Shown: piece after piece, positions 25,381 to 38,379 of the stretch
Position numbering within the stretch: the first letter of the stretch is position 1
How the letters are laid out: each line of letters opens with the position of its first letter
Assembly (NCBI RefSeq): GCF_036321535.1
Contig: NC_087436.1
Coordinates: 62,188,001 to 62,252,000, forward strand
DNA from: Camelus dromedarius
Lineage: Eukaryota
Reading direction: 5' to 3'
DNA: 64,000 bases
The notes under the pieces: generated by a model
What the model was told of the DNA's origin: nothing
Seen by the model: the letters and a program-made list of their open reading frames with translations, nothing else
Databases searched by the model: none
Program-made: the position numbers and the translations under genes

Positions 25381-27102
25381 AACGTTATATCACCAACTGT
25401 TCTTAAGCTTTTTTGTAATAATTTGTTTTCTCCTTATCCATCACAAGAAAAGAAGGATGAATTCCATATTTAATTTATTATTTCATATTTTAGTTATCAT
25501 TGTATCCTTAGTGCCTATAATAACATAATAGATACTAGTAACATTCTACTGTATGCATGGATGAATGATATTCAAGCAACATTCAGGAAAGCCTATTGGA
25601 GAAAAAAAGGAAAAGTTCAAAGAGATTGTCAAATATGAGGGAGAATAAAAATATATTCTCAAGAATTTGAACACTTTAAGTCACACATTCTGGATAATAT
25701 CTCTAGTTTTTCCTCCTGGAACTAAAATGCCATGCTTTTTTAAGGACAGAATGGAAGAAATATAATAGAAGTATGACTCTACCTAGGAAAATATCTTATT
25801 TAAAATTCATCCATCATTTATGTAATCCTAATTTTCCATATGGACATGGATAAATAATATCAAATTCAACCACAACTAAAGCCCAGATTTTGTGGCTTGT
25901 TCAACATTAATGCTCAATCAATCCATTTATATCACAAAAATTGATTCATTAAATAGAAATATATGAAAGCCAGCAGTTCTACAATTTTTGCGTCTATCTG
26001 CATGTAGATTCTGTTTCTTTATCTTATACTGTGAAAAAGCAATCACAGATATAATCAATCTGTTTGACTTTAAAGCATTTATGTTGCTGAAAAACACTGT
26101 ATTGGTCATCTTAACTAGTGTTTTCATTACTTTGATACAGCCTAAGTCATAAATCATCTGCCACTTCAACAAACTGTTTGAAGGTTCAAGTTCTCATTTT
26201 CAAATAAATGTATAATTACTTTTGTTAATTAAAAAAGTATCATTAAGGTCATTATTATAAGATTTTCTATTTTATTTCTTGGAATTACTATGCCTTACTG
26301 GAAAAATTGTATGTGTATTATATGTATATAACATAAATACTTATTATATAAATATAATATTCATATTTAAGTATTATTTGTGAGATACTGATTGTCTAGA
26401 ATATCCACTAGTACATACCATGCTCTCTTTTAAGTGTTTACACATACAGTTCTCATTCTAGACTGTAATCACTTTCAAGAAAAAAAGAAAGCAGCATATA
26501 TTTTGTTCTGGACTTTCTGTAACTTCTTACAGAATCTTATCTGTATACTGCTTGCTGCCAAAGAGATTTTTAATAAATATAATTCTTATCTTTTTGAATT
26601 CCCTACCTAAAACTTCACTGGTTCTGTAAATAACTAAAGGATAAACCTAAACCCCTCAGTGTATCCTACAAGTTTCTCCATAATTTGGCTCCTGCCTAAG
26701 CTCTGGATTTATCTCTTGCTTCCTCCCAGGTTGCTTCTTGCCTCAATGCCTTTGATCATGTTGATCCCAAGGCTTGCTATGTTCTCTCATCAGCCCATAG
26801 TCCTCTTTCTCCCCATTCTACCATTACTTTTTGGCTATCTGTTTTAAAAATTCAGTTCTTGTCATTTTCTGTGTGAATATATCCTGTGTCCATTCACCCA
26901 GGTGGAAATGACAACTTGTATTGTCTGCATTTTTGCAGACATATCTGCATATTTTGCATATCAGAGTCAAACTTCTATCACTCCACACTTCACATCTGGT
27001 TTTGCATTGTTATTATCATCTCAATCTTTACCTCTATAACTCTATCTGTAACTCTAATTTCACCTCTACCTCCACCTTTATCTTTTCACGTATATCCATA
27101 TG

Positions 27103-27350
27103 TAGATATATCTTACATATCTACATATAAGTATCCATATCATATCATCTATATCTATATCTACATCTGTCTATAGCATCCATATATAATCTATATGGAT
27201 GGAATATGTTAGGATGTTATATATATATCTGACATCTATATATAGATATATCTTACATATCTTTATACAGGTATCCATATGATATCATCTATATCTACAT
27301 CTATCTATAGCATTTATATGTAATCTATAATGAGTATGTTAGGATATTAT
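27103..27350. repeat. Two-copy diverged tandem duplication (period ~140 bp) in TA/TCTA-rich sequence
   Basis: TAGATATATCTTACATATCT...GTATCCATAT...TATGTTAGGAT occurs starting at 27103 and again at 27243. Confidence 0.85.
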
Positions 27351-27559
27351 TTAAAACTGAGGACAATGTTTTACTATCTCAGAATCTAAGAATGTATTTG
27401 GCTCATACAAGTATTTATAGACATTGCTAGTTGAATGAGTGAATTGATGAATACAAACACTATCATTTCAGTGAAAAAAAAAAGCAGATGAGACAGACAA
27501 GAAGACATTGATTTGGTAGTATGTAATGAATAAGGATATGTGTACTGGGGTCAGGACAC

Positions 27560-28140
27560 CTTGTCAGTTCTAACTTCAAAATATGTCCAAAATCCTACCA
27601 CTTTTCACCATCCACCTCCATAGCTATGGCCCTTAGTCTGAGCCATCATCCTCTCTTGCCTTGATTCTTGTAAGAACTTCCAAACTGTTCCTCCATGCTT
27701 CTACCTTTGACCTCTACATTGTATTTTAACGCAGTAGCCAGAAAAATGAAAATGTAAATCAGATCATTTTACTCATTTGTCCTAGCCTCCTGGTCCCTTC
27801 ATCTAGAGTAAAAGCTGAAATCTTACTATGGTGTACAAGGTCCTTTATGATCTGTCATTATATCCTTCAGCAGTCTCTCTCCTACCACCTTTGCTCCAGC
27901 CATACTGATACCCTTGTTGCTTGTGGATCTTGCTGGGGACATTTTGTACTCAGGGGTTTTAACCTGAGGATTTCTCTGTCTACGAGTGTTCTTTCCCTAC
28001 TTGGCAAACACCATTCCTGTTTTGAATCTTTGCTCAGATATCAGTTTCTTCAATGAATCCTATTCTGACCAACCTTTTTTTAACACTGAGATCAACATAG
28101 TCATCCTCGCTCCACTCCCAGATAACTTCATCACCACCTC
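27560..28140 (+). mobile_element. L2 fragment (appears to resume at ~29460-29640)
   Basis: TTCAAAATATGTCCAAAATCCTACCACTTTTCACC...CCATCATCCTCTCTTGCC is L2-like. The L2 tail (TATTTATTGAATGAATGAATGA) appears at ~29617-29638. Confidence 0.7.
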
Positions 28141-28149
28141 CTTAAAGTT

Positions 28150-28605
28150 TTGGCCATGAAAATGCACTGCTCAGATCTCTTGCAGATCAGCACATAATTG
28201 ACTAATGTTTACATTGCTGCCCTTTTCTAGCAACGTCTGACAATACTTCTGGCCTCCTGTTCTCTCCCTATGTCTCTTCAGCTCCCAGCCAACAAACGAG
28301 CATCATCAGAGTTTTAATAGAGGCCCATTCCTAGAAGGCCCCTTTAATGGAAGATTTTGGTTCAACAACTCTCCATCAGACTAGCCAAACCTTTCCAAGA
28401 ACTGAGTCACAGTGGGGACTCTTCCTACTCAATTCTCCCTCCTTCCATCTCCCCTTAGCAAGAGTCAGATCTGCATTACAGTTTGAAGGCTCTTCTTGCC
28501 TTCTCTGGCTTCCTCCTCTTTCTCCTTCACAGAAGCTTTCCCAATTAATTTCTTGTGCATCTATTCCTGACTTAGTATCACCTTTTTGGAGGATTCAAAC
28601 AGAAG
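28150..28605 (+). mobile_element. ERVL LTR, LTR16-like
   Basis: GCCATGAAAATGCACTGCTCAGATCTC...GAGTCAGATCTGCATTACAGTTTGAAGGCTCT...TTCTTGTGCATCTATTCC resembles the LTR16 family. Confidence 0.65.
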
Positions 28606-28639
28606 TATTTACTATACTTTTTCTTTTCTCCAAGGCATT

Positions 28640-29145
28640 GATTTATATCAGGGTTTGATTTATATTGGTGGTTGAGTTATGACACACAGAAACCAATGAC
28701 ATTAAAGAAGATTTTTGTTACTTACAGTTCCTGAGAGAAAAGGTTATGCTACACTATGCAGGGTCATAGGGAAAACACCAAGTTCAGTTAGGAGGCAGAA
28801 AAAGGGTGAAAGGAAAACGTGGCTCAGAGCCTTCAATTAATTTTCTGCAGGAAACAGCAGGGGAAACTGTGTAGGTTTGGCTAATTTGAATAATGTCAGC
28901 AGGCTTGGGGTATAGAGATAGTCTCTAGTGTGTCTGGAACAAGCCCGGATTTACAGCAGGGGAAATGTTGGTTTGGTGTGTGTGAGTTAGATAAAGAAAG
29001 TGGTTGGGTGTATGGACTCAAGATTGGTGAGAGGGTTTGTAATGTGATTTTCACTTGCCCATGAAAGCTGGATTATAGGGGTTATGTAAACAACTTTGGT
29101 TGTTATTTTGGTCCAGTGATTAATTGATGTGATTATTAGATTCTA
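28640..29145. mobile_element. Old LTR (ERVL MER68/MER77-like)
   Basis: TTACTTACAGTTCCTGAGAG...TAGGTTTGGCTAATTTGAATAATGTCAGCAGGCT pattern. The family assignment is tentative. Confidence 0.5.
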
Positions 29146-29231
29146 GAGAAATATCCAATCTAAAGACACATACACACACAGACACACAAAGACAAAAAAT
29201 CCACAAAACAATAATGTATTATTTTCTAGCA

Positions 29232-29452
29232 CAAGGCTTGCCAAACTACAGCCTATGGGACAAATCCAGCTCTTCACTTGTTTTGCAAATTAAGTTTTAT
29301 TGGAACACAGCCATGCTCATCTTTTTACATATTATCTATAGCTAATTTCACACTACAATGGCAGAGTTCAGCAGTTACAACAGAGACCTTATTTCCAGCA
29401 ATCCCTGAAATATTTACTATCTGGCCTTTTCGAAAACGTTTGCCAACACCTG
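29232..29452. mobile_element. MER58A-like hAT-Charlie MITE
   Basis: Termini CAAGGCTTGCCAAAC / GTTTGCCAACACCTG. Internal GTTTTATTGGAACACAGCCATGCTCAT. Imperfect 8-bp TSD TTCTAGCA (29224-29231) / TTCTAGTC (29453-29460). Confidence 0.9.
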
Positions 29453-29649
29453 TTCTAGTCTACTGCCTTATTTATTTATTTAATGTTTATTGTTTGCAGT
29501 CTGATTTTCCCCAACAGAAAGTAAGTGGCACAATGAAAGAGATATTTCTTGGCTGTATTCATTAATACATCTCAGGAATTCACATTGGTGCTTAGCATAT
29601 AATGGGAAGGAATCAGTATTTATTGAATGAATGAATGAGTTCAGATAAA

Positions 29650-29840
29650 TTTGGATTCCTAATTCATATCCTTTATTTAGTAATTATGTGAAATGAATGA
29701 GTTCCCTGAGCTTTCCAAGTCTGAATTTTGTCCTTTAATAATAGAACCCATCACATAGAGTTGGTTTGAGGATTAACTAATAAAATGCATAAAAATGCTT
29801 GATGTATGCTTGAATATAGTAAGCATTTAATAAATGTTAG
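29650..29840 (+). mobile_element. MIR SINE
   Basis: CATCACATAGAGTTGGTTTGAGGATTAACTAATAAAATGCATAAAAATGCTT...TAGTAAGCATTTAATAAATGTTAG. Confidence 0.7.
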
Positions 29841-30469
29841 ATATTTTATAGGTGGAGAATGTACTGCTTTTCACTTAACTGTCTAATTTAGAAAAATTCA
29901 GCTTACTAAGGGTTAACCCATGTATGTACACTATAGATATGTTTGGAAAACAATTTACAGATTTTATTTAAGCCAAAGTTAATAATATTTTCTATCTGTC
30001 CCATAAGATACAGGAAGGACAGATGAAATTATATTTATAACAATATTGAAAACTTAATGAAAGACGCAATATGAATTTAGATGTTTCTTAGTCTTCTAAC
30101 TTTAGATGAAAGCAATCATAAAATAATAGAACAATCTTGTGTTTTGCTTTTCCTATATACAGTGTAGATATGAGTAATTGAATTTGACATACTTATTGAG
30201 GCATTTGAGCTATTTATCAACTTTACCATGATATTTGAATTTAAAAAAAAAAAACCTCATTTGTAAATGTTAGGCTCTTATTTATATTTCAAGGGAGTCT
30301 GAATCGCCATTAGCAGACATATAACAGATCTAAGTACATAAAATATCTTAGCTTAAGCAGCATTGGGAAAAGTGTGTTTTCCACACAATACCAGCGTAAG
30401 TCTTGGTAAGCTACCTATTGTTTATGTGGTGTTTGCATTCTGATTAGTACAGCTGCTTTCTCTTATTCA

Positions 30470-31190
30470 ACTCCCATTTCTTGTCACTATGTTCTCAATC
30501 ACTTTCAGTCTAGCCATTCCTCCAATACTGTGTTTGTCAAGATCACTGATTATATTTGGACCCCATATTGATGATACTGCTCAATCTATACCTTATTTCA
30601 TCTCTCAGAAGCATTAGAAATAGACAAGTATTCCCATCTTTGCCTTTTCTTTGAAATCACCTTCTCTTTGTTTCAGTCCTATTTATTTGGTCACTGGTTC
30701 TCAGTCTCCTTTAGTGCTCTCTTTTCTCTGCCCACCTCACAACCTTCTTCCTTCCTGTTCTAAACCCCCTACTTTTTATTTATCCCTATGGTTTTAGTTA
30801 CCATCAATGTTCTTTCAAAATCTGTTGCTCCTTTTGAGACTTATTTCCTGGCTTCAAGCACTTATTTAAATATTTATGTAGAAGTAGATGAGCATTTCCA
30901 CTTGAAACTCAACATTTCTAAAATCTTCCCACTCACGGCTGCCCCTCCTCCTATATTTTTATCTCAGTAAATGACACCGAGCAACTTGGAAGGCACCTTA
31001 GACAACTCTCTCTCACTCTATAACTACTTAGAATGAATCATAAAGTACTGTTGAGTCATTTTATGCAGCTGCTCCTTAAAGCTATCTACTTACCTCCCTC
31101 TTCATCATTACTAGTCTGGTCTATACTATCATCATCTCTCCTTTGGATTATTGAAATTCTTCTTTGTTATTGCAACTTCCAGGTTTGGTC
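30470..31190 (+). mobile_element. L2 fragment
   Basis: Pyrimidine-rich, with L2 motifs (CTTGAAACTCAACATTTCTAAAAT, TCTCAGTAAATGACACC, CATCATCTCTCCTTTGGATTATTG). Confidence 0.65.
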
Positions 31191-33044
31191 TCTGCCATGT
31201 ACAGAAATGTAGGCTAACTGGGGGGCAGATATTAGGTGAATATTATAATCATTCAACCTTGTAAACTCTCTGTCCTTATAATTTTGTCACAGAGACTATT
31301 TTATAAAGTCATATATTCAGGAATTGAGATTCAACAACAATTTTTTCAAGAACTTTCTTAAATGGAAAAGTTACTTTATTTACCATGAGCGTGTGGCAAT
31401 GTCAACTACAATGAACGCTCACGAGGAGCCACTGCACAAAGGCACCAGCAGTTTTACCCACTATTACTTTAACACCATCAGTGCAAATGTCACACAGTGA
31501 AAAGTCAAATGAGTTTCAGTATTATTATGAACATGATTTAGACCTTATGGACAATACTCTGAGAACTATTGGACTAACGTTTTCTTGTAACTATCAGTGT
31601 TTGGACTATTACATGTTTATGAATTAAAAGAACATTCATCACTTCAGAAAATGTAAGCAACATCAAGTAAACAATGAAAATATATGAAGAGATAAATAAA
31701 ACAACATCAGGAAATATTTCCCAAAACTAACTACCTTATCTCCAACATTTGTATTTACATGCACTTATATATATATATATATATTTTTTTTTTAAGAAAA
31801 CTTAATAGATGATGTGTTTTTCTTCCTTTTATTCCCATAGAACCTCAGCCATTTGATTTGTTATAACAGTGCATTAAGATTATGAGGTACTTAAAAAAGA
31901 ATGCTGGATATTTTTAAAGTTGTAGACCAAGGAACCTATAGCCAGTTCTAGTATTTGATATATTCATTACATAGTCTAGTCTGTCCTGGGGAGAAGGGAA
32001 AGGAGGCACTGGTTGATGTGAGTAAAACATAATACATTGTTGAGAAACTTAAAGAAGAGAAGGCTAAATAGAATGGGAAAAAAATACCTGTTAAGAACTA
32101 TAATTAAAGCAACTCTTTTATATAGATAACTCAAATCAAAATAATTAAAACAAAATGGATTCATCAAAATAATTCAAAACATAGAAATCAAACAGTATGG
32201 TAATTACAGTAACATTCATTTCAAGACAATTTCTATACACAATAGTGTTTCTAGTATTCATTCTATTACTTTGATTATTCATCTCTTCAAAATCATTCTT
32301 GATGTTGAAACTGGTAGGATGGAATTGATCTTTTCAAAACAAAGGATAAGGCCTCAAATGAATCTTTTTCCTAAAGCCAAAAGAGACTTGATCATGATAA
32401 GCATTCTTACATTTTCTAGGTTACTGACAAAAATTGAGCATATGGTGCTTGTGTTATGGACTGTATTTATGATGTAGTGTTATTTTTAAAAGGTCAGAAA
32501 ACACTTGTTTCTTAGCCATTTAATGTTTTCTGCTCCTCTGTTACCCATAATAGGAAATCCAAAAATGTATGACAAAATTAGCAGTGAGAAAACATTTTTG
32601 TGGATCTAATCTTTAAAGAGAAAAAAAAAAAGGGTAAAACTCAATCAGTGACCACCTTGTAGAGATAATTACATTTGCAAAAACCTTGAAGTACTGAATG
32701 TCAGAATTCCTTTGCCCTTTCATAACTGATTGCACAGAATCTAGCTTACAGATTTACTTAACTCACAATGTTTTCATACTAATGGTTACATAGTCAGAAT
32801 ACTGGTTTTCTAGACAAATATACTTTCTCCAGTGGAAGTGATCTGGTGTCCTATAATTATAAACTTACCCTAACTGATTCCACCTTTATAGTAGAGTGTT
32901 TCAGAACCATACATTACTTTTCTGATTGGTTCCAGAAAAAGAAGTAACTTCAAGTGATTTAGAATTCTAACTTTCAAATTATACTTTTCTCAAGATTGGC
33001 CACCTTCATTTGCTTTATTTCAACTTAATGGACATGTCCTCCTC

Positions 33045-33155
33045 TAGGATGATCAACTGTCTTATTTTCTCTGAGATGTGGGGATTCCCTGGATGCAGTA
33101 CTTTTGAAAGCTAGAACTGCTAAGGCCATGTGAACCAGAATAACTCTTCACTCAA
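33045..33155. mobile_element. MER81/MER94-like hAT-Blackjack MITE
   Basis: TAGGATGATCAACTGTC...GGGATTCCCTGGATGCAGTACTTTT pattern. Confidence 0.5.
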
Positions 33156-33194
33156 TCCTTATCCCTCATCTACATACAGCAGTGATGTCATCAC

Positions 33195-33360
33195 TTTTTA
33201 CCTCTGATCTTAGTACGTTAGTTAGCCCCTTTGAGAATTCATTCTTATCTGTAAAATGGAAGTTAATAATCTTACTCTCACAGAGTTGTTGCAAGAAATA
33301 AAAATAGTAACTTTAAAGATTCTAGCACAGTTCTTGGCCCATAATAGACAATAAATGATA
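33195..33360 (+). mobile_element. MIR SINE
   Basis: TCTTATCTGTAAAATGGAAGTTAATAATCTTACTCTCACAGAGTTGTTG matches the MIR core. Confidence 0.75.
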
Positions 33361-33589
33361 ATTATTTGATTGTTTGTCTTATTCTTGGGAAATAGAAATA
33401 ATTGCTTGATCCATGTAATATATAAATGTTCTCCAAAATTTAAAAAAAATACTCAGTCAAAAAACATATGTGATAAAAATGAAGCATTAGTTCTCAGAAG
33501 GAGTATAAATCATAGCCCAAGTATATAAACTAGTAGTAAGACTTCAGCAATTATAATAATACATATGGTAGAGAAAACAAATTTCATTT

Positions 33590-34240
33590 CTAGTTGACCA
33601 AGAAAAACATATCAAATGACCAATAAAAATAATGCTATTATGTCATATCAGTAAGAGTATCAGAAATCAATATATTCATATACTTGGATAGAAATACAAA
33701 GTATATAGCATTTATAAAGGCTAATAGACACTGTGTAACAAAATGTCAAATATTTCATTTGGCCAATAATTCTACTACTAATGCTCTATCCTACAAAAGC
33801 TTTTGCACATGTAGCCAAAGATGTATGATCAGCGATGGCCACTGAAGCATACCTTTTATGAGGAAAAGTTGTAAATAATCCAAAAAGTGAATATATCATG
33901 ATGAATGTAGCCACTATAATATGAAATATTATAAAACCATTATAAACAGTGATACAAATTAATAAGTACTGACACAGAAATAACTCCATAATGTAGTGTA
34001 GTTAAATAAACCTGGGAAGAAAAATATACAGATAGAAAAATAATATTTCTTCTGAAAAATTATGTGTGTATGAGAGAGATGACAGAGAAGGAGACTGAGA
34101 TCTCAGAGAGAGAAACACCTAGAAATATACACCAAAGCATTTAAAGCTACTTTCCACTGAAGAGAGACTTAAATGCTTGTATATTTGAATTTTTACCCTA
34201 TGCACATATTACTATTGCATTTGAAAGCAATAAATAATGT
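33590..34240 (+). mobile_element. Old L1 (L1ME-like) fragment
   Basis: TCTATCCTACAAAAGCTTTTGCACATGTAGCCAAAGATGTATG resembles the L1 ORF2 end. Confidence 0.55.
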
Positions 34241-36944
34241 CTTTTTAAAAAGGAGAACTTTAAATGTGATTTGTCAGCAATTTATCATGCTATAATATAA
34301 AGTCCATGGTTTCTGGATATATATCTATCTTGCTCCTCTCAGAATCCTGATCCTTTATCATAGTGCTGAGCATGAGTTGGTCCTCAAATAATGATATTTC
34401 TTTATACCCATTTATTGTTAGTTATTATCCATGGAGCTAAGTTATACAACTGCCTGGATAGATTGTCATTAGTATTCCTTAAAAGTGGTACTCACTAGTC
34501 TGCCATGAAGCCTTATTATGTTTTTTGGAAAAAATGAGATTTTTCAAATTAAAAAACAGTAAAAACTAGAGCAGAGCTTTAAAGAACAATTAAGTTTGAA
34601 AACACGAGAGTGAGCTTGGGAGGGTGAGTATAGTAATGAGACTGGCAGTAAAGAGTGTTTGGGGACAAAGCCAGGACAGGGTCATCAGAGGAGGGTGGGA
34701 CCTTCAGTCACATGGGCATAAAGAAAGTGACATGAGAGGGCACAAAAGTCAACATATGTTTCGGACTATTTTTCCTAGAGAAAAGCCAATTTGTATCCAT
34801 TTTTTTCCAGTAGTTCATTTAAAAATTTTTTCATTTTAACTTTGAAAATAGAATGCATCGTTCAGCCAGTGGTGTTTTCAGCTGTGTCAGTCAGCCAGGT
34901 GGCAGTTGTGTGAAAAATTATCCTTGACCCTTTCTGCTATGATCAAGGAAACTCCAGCTTCAAAGACTCTTTAAACTAATTTATGAATTAAGTACTTCCG
35001 ATTTTATCCAAATAGTCATTCTAAGAATAATCTTTGAGGAGTTCTCTCGTTTTAAACACGAATATAAGAGAGTGCATTTTATATTAAGGCTGTACAAAAT
35101 ACTAATGATGAAACAAGTGTTTCAGTATTAGCAGCATGTAAGCTATTAATTATTCAGCCAATGTTAATTCAAACATCTGCTTTGAGGTCGGCATTGGGGT
35201 AGGCTGTGGACCTATAAGGAAGATGAAGACAAAGGGCTTGACCTAAAGGTACTGATTGGGTTATTTCCACTCATACAAAATAGGCTTGTGGAAGGCCACA
35301 AAAGAAATGAACTAGCCCTTATCCTAGTCAGTCATAGACAGATACATACACATTTTCTGATGTGTGCTTCTTACATGCAGAGGTGGAGTTACAGACAGGA
35401 AAGAGTACATTACCTGCTAAATTGCAGCTTCCTTACCATCTACGAAAAAAAATATACCATCAAGTTCAAACTGGGTCAGGAATTAATAAACTGCTCTGCA
35501 CTCTCCACAATCACCTTCAAGTTAGTTAACTTGGTAACTTCCTAACACTCTCAAGTCTTGTTTGAAAGACAGTTTTTGCATGTAAGACAGAATCACAGTG
35601 ACCCCCTAGTGATCATCTTTTATTAGAAAGGCATTTTTACGTTGTGTACGCTATCTGCAAATTTTATATGCTGTTTCTTTATTATGAGTCTAAATTAAAT
35701 AACATTTGCAACTCTGAGGTATAAAACCTAGCTCTGTATTTACAGAGTGATTTTAGCAAATGTCTCATTCTATGGGAAAGGGTAATATGTGGCAAAACAC
35801 CTTTTCTTTGGAAATAGAACACTCTGGTGGATACATAGTAATTTGTAAATACCTGAGCGATGTTAAAATGTCCCCTTCAAATTATATGCAAATTGAAGAA
35901 CTAAAACTGTTGACTCTGTTGCAGTGTTACAGTAGCACAATGTGTCATAGCTATTTTTTTGGGTTTAGAGTTACTAGGAGAAAACAAAATTCAAATTGGC
36001 TTTAAATTTATAATATTCTGTATTCAATATATGTACTAAAGCCTCCTATATGTTATCAGTCTATCAAGGCATTCATTCATGTTTATTATGTTCTTTCTAG
36101 AATCATTTAGTCATGCTCTAGTCTTTCCTAAAAAAAGAAAAAGAAAGAAAGAAAAGGAAAAAAAGAAGAAAAAGAAAGATTTTGATAACCCTAGAAAAGT
36201 TCAGAACCATGGAGTTGTTGAGAAATCAAATATTCTCAGACATCCAAGATTCAGAAAAATTGGTTATGTCTACACACTAAAAAAAGCATCCAAATATATA
36301 AACACCTGCCTCTGAACTGAATATATTATTAAATTGTTGGTACAATAACTAATGAGCATATCATGAAAAGAAATATATTAAGTTCACTGCTGAAGAAAAA
36401 TCACATGAAAAAAATCAGGAGGCTTTTCCCTGTCCACCTCCTCAATTCCTTATTATTCACTGACACTGTCATAATATTGAACGTGAGAAGACAGGCTATA
36501 ATCATTATTGTCCCTAACATTTTTATTTAATCATTACATATTATTTAAGTTTATACTGTCAATTGTATGTCTGCCTAACTTACTTAAGTGATGTTGAACA
36601 GTTTGCAATTCTTAAGATATATTGCTCTTAATTTTCTATTTAATTCTATAGTATAAACACTAAGTAAATTATGTGGCAACATATTTTTGAAGCATAGTGA
36701 ACACACAGAAATGTTTAAGTACCCACAAATGAACAGCTCAATGAATTCTTATAAACTATCATAACTATAAAACCAACACCTAGATTAAATAAGAGACTAT
36801 TACCAGTACCATACAAGTCCAGATTTCCAGATCCTACAAGGGAATCATTATCCTACCTTCAAAGCATAGAATAGTTATGTCTTCTTTTTTCATGTTGTGT
36901 ATAAATTGAATCATGCCATAGGTACTCTTTTTTAGTAAACTTTT

Positions 36945-37072
36945 TTAAAAAATGTTTTTTTAGAAGGGGGAATAATTAGGCTTATTTATTTATTTTTAGA
37001 GGAGGTACTGGGGATTGAACCCAGGACCTTGTGCATGCTAAGCATATACTCTACCATGCATATACCCTCCCC
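36945..37072 (-). mobile_element. Camelid-type tRNA-derived SINE (Vic-1-like), second copy
   Basis: Antisense GGAGGTACTGGGGATTGAACCCAGGACCTTGTGCATGCTAAGCATATACTCTACC...TATACCCTCCCC. Flanks AGTAAACTTTT / AGCAAACTTTT resemble a TSD. Confidence 0.87.
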
Positions 37073-37332
37073 TAAAGCAAACTTTTAAGAAAATATAATT
37101 CTTTTACTCCTAATCATGTTTGCAATATCTATATTGTTGCATTAAATTATAGATTTTCATTCTCATTGCTATATTATATTCTTTTGTTTACATATGTAAA
37201 ATTTATTGCTGTATATTTTTATTGTTTTTAGCATATACACATGGACAAACACACAAGACATCTATCGAGACAGAGAGACAAGGAGACAAGAAAATTTTTC
37301 TAGAAGTCTGCTTTCTTTCAGTTTCCTAAAAA

Positions 37333-37408
37333 TATATATGTGTATGTATATATATATATATATATATATATGCATATGTGTGTGTGTGTATATATATATG
37401 TATATATA
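37333..37408. repeat. (TA)n/(TG)n compound microsatellite
   Basis: Directly visible. Confidence 0.9.
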
Positions 37409-37654
37409 GCTTGTAACTACGCAAAACATGAAAACTATTTATTTAAAGCACATTACATGCAAGGAACAAATGCCAAGATCTAATATCACTCATTTCTTTT
37501 TATACTAAATTTTGCCTTAATATACACATATATAATATATGTTACTAATGTATATTATAAGTTCATTATTATATATAAACACCACTAACCAATGCAAAAT
37601 AATAAACTGAAAACTATTACTCAGTTTCTGACAAGGCTATCTGTGTTCATTAGA

Positions 37655-38330
37655 TTTTTTTTAAATAATAATTTTATTGAGATAAATTCATAAAGCAGAA
37701 AATTCTCCCTTTAAAGTGTATAATTCAGTGTTTTTATTATATTCACAGAGATGTACAGCCATCACACTACCTAATTCCAGAGTACATCAGACCACTATCG
37801 AAAGAAAACTCATATCCATTGGAAGTCAATTCTCATTACCTCATCTCCCAAACTCCTGGAATCAAGAATCTACTTTTTATATGTATTTGTGTATTCTGGA
37901 ATTTCACACAATGGAACTGTACAATAGTTTTCTTTTGTAGTTGGCCTTGTTAATTTAGCATAGTATTTTCAAAGTTCATCCATGATGTAACATATATTAG
38001 TACTTCATTTTTATTGTCAAATAATATTCCATTGTATGGATATACTGCTTTGTATATCTGGCTATCCATTCATCAGTTGATGGATATTTGGGTTGTATCT
38101 TCTTTTGTACCATTATGAACAGTGATGCTATGAACAACCATGTAAAAGTTGTTATGTGGGCATGCCCTCTAATTTCTCTTGGATTTACACCTAAGAGTAG
38201 AATTACTGGGTCATGTAGTAATGCTATGCTTAACATTGTGAAGAACTGCCAAACTTTTCCAATATAGCTGTATCATTTTATAATCCAATTAACAATTTTA
38301 AAGGTTCTGATTTCTCTACTTCCTCAACAA
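37655..38330 (-). mobile_element. L1MB-like 3' fragment
   Basis: TTTTATTGAGATAAATTCA...; ORF 37997..38236 translates ITTFTWLFIASLFIMVQKKIQPKYPSTDEWI, the L1 ORF2 C-terminus. Confidence 0.85.
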
Positions 38331-38379
38331 AGTTTCTTCATCATTTCTTTCTGTTCCTCACACTGGCTATCACAACCGA

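Noticed and set aside
31815..31892. Strong-looking acceptor (TTTTCTTCCTTTTATTCCCATAG) with a GAG|GTACTT donor 46 nt later
   Set aside because: All three frames contain stops, the donor is weak, and there is no partner exon.
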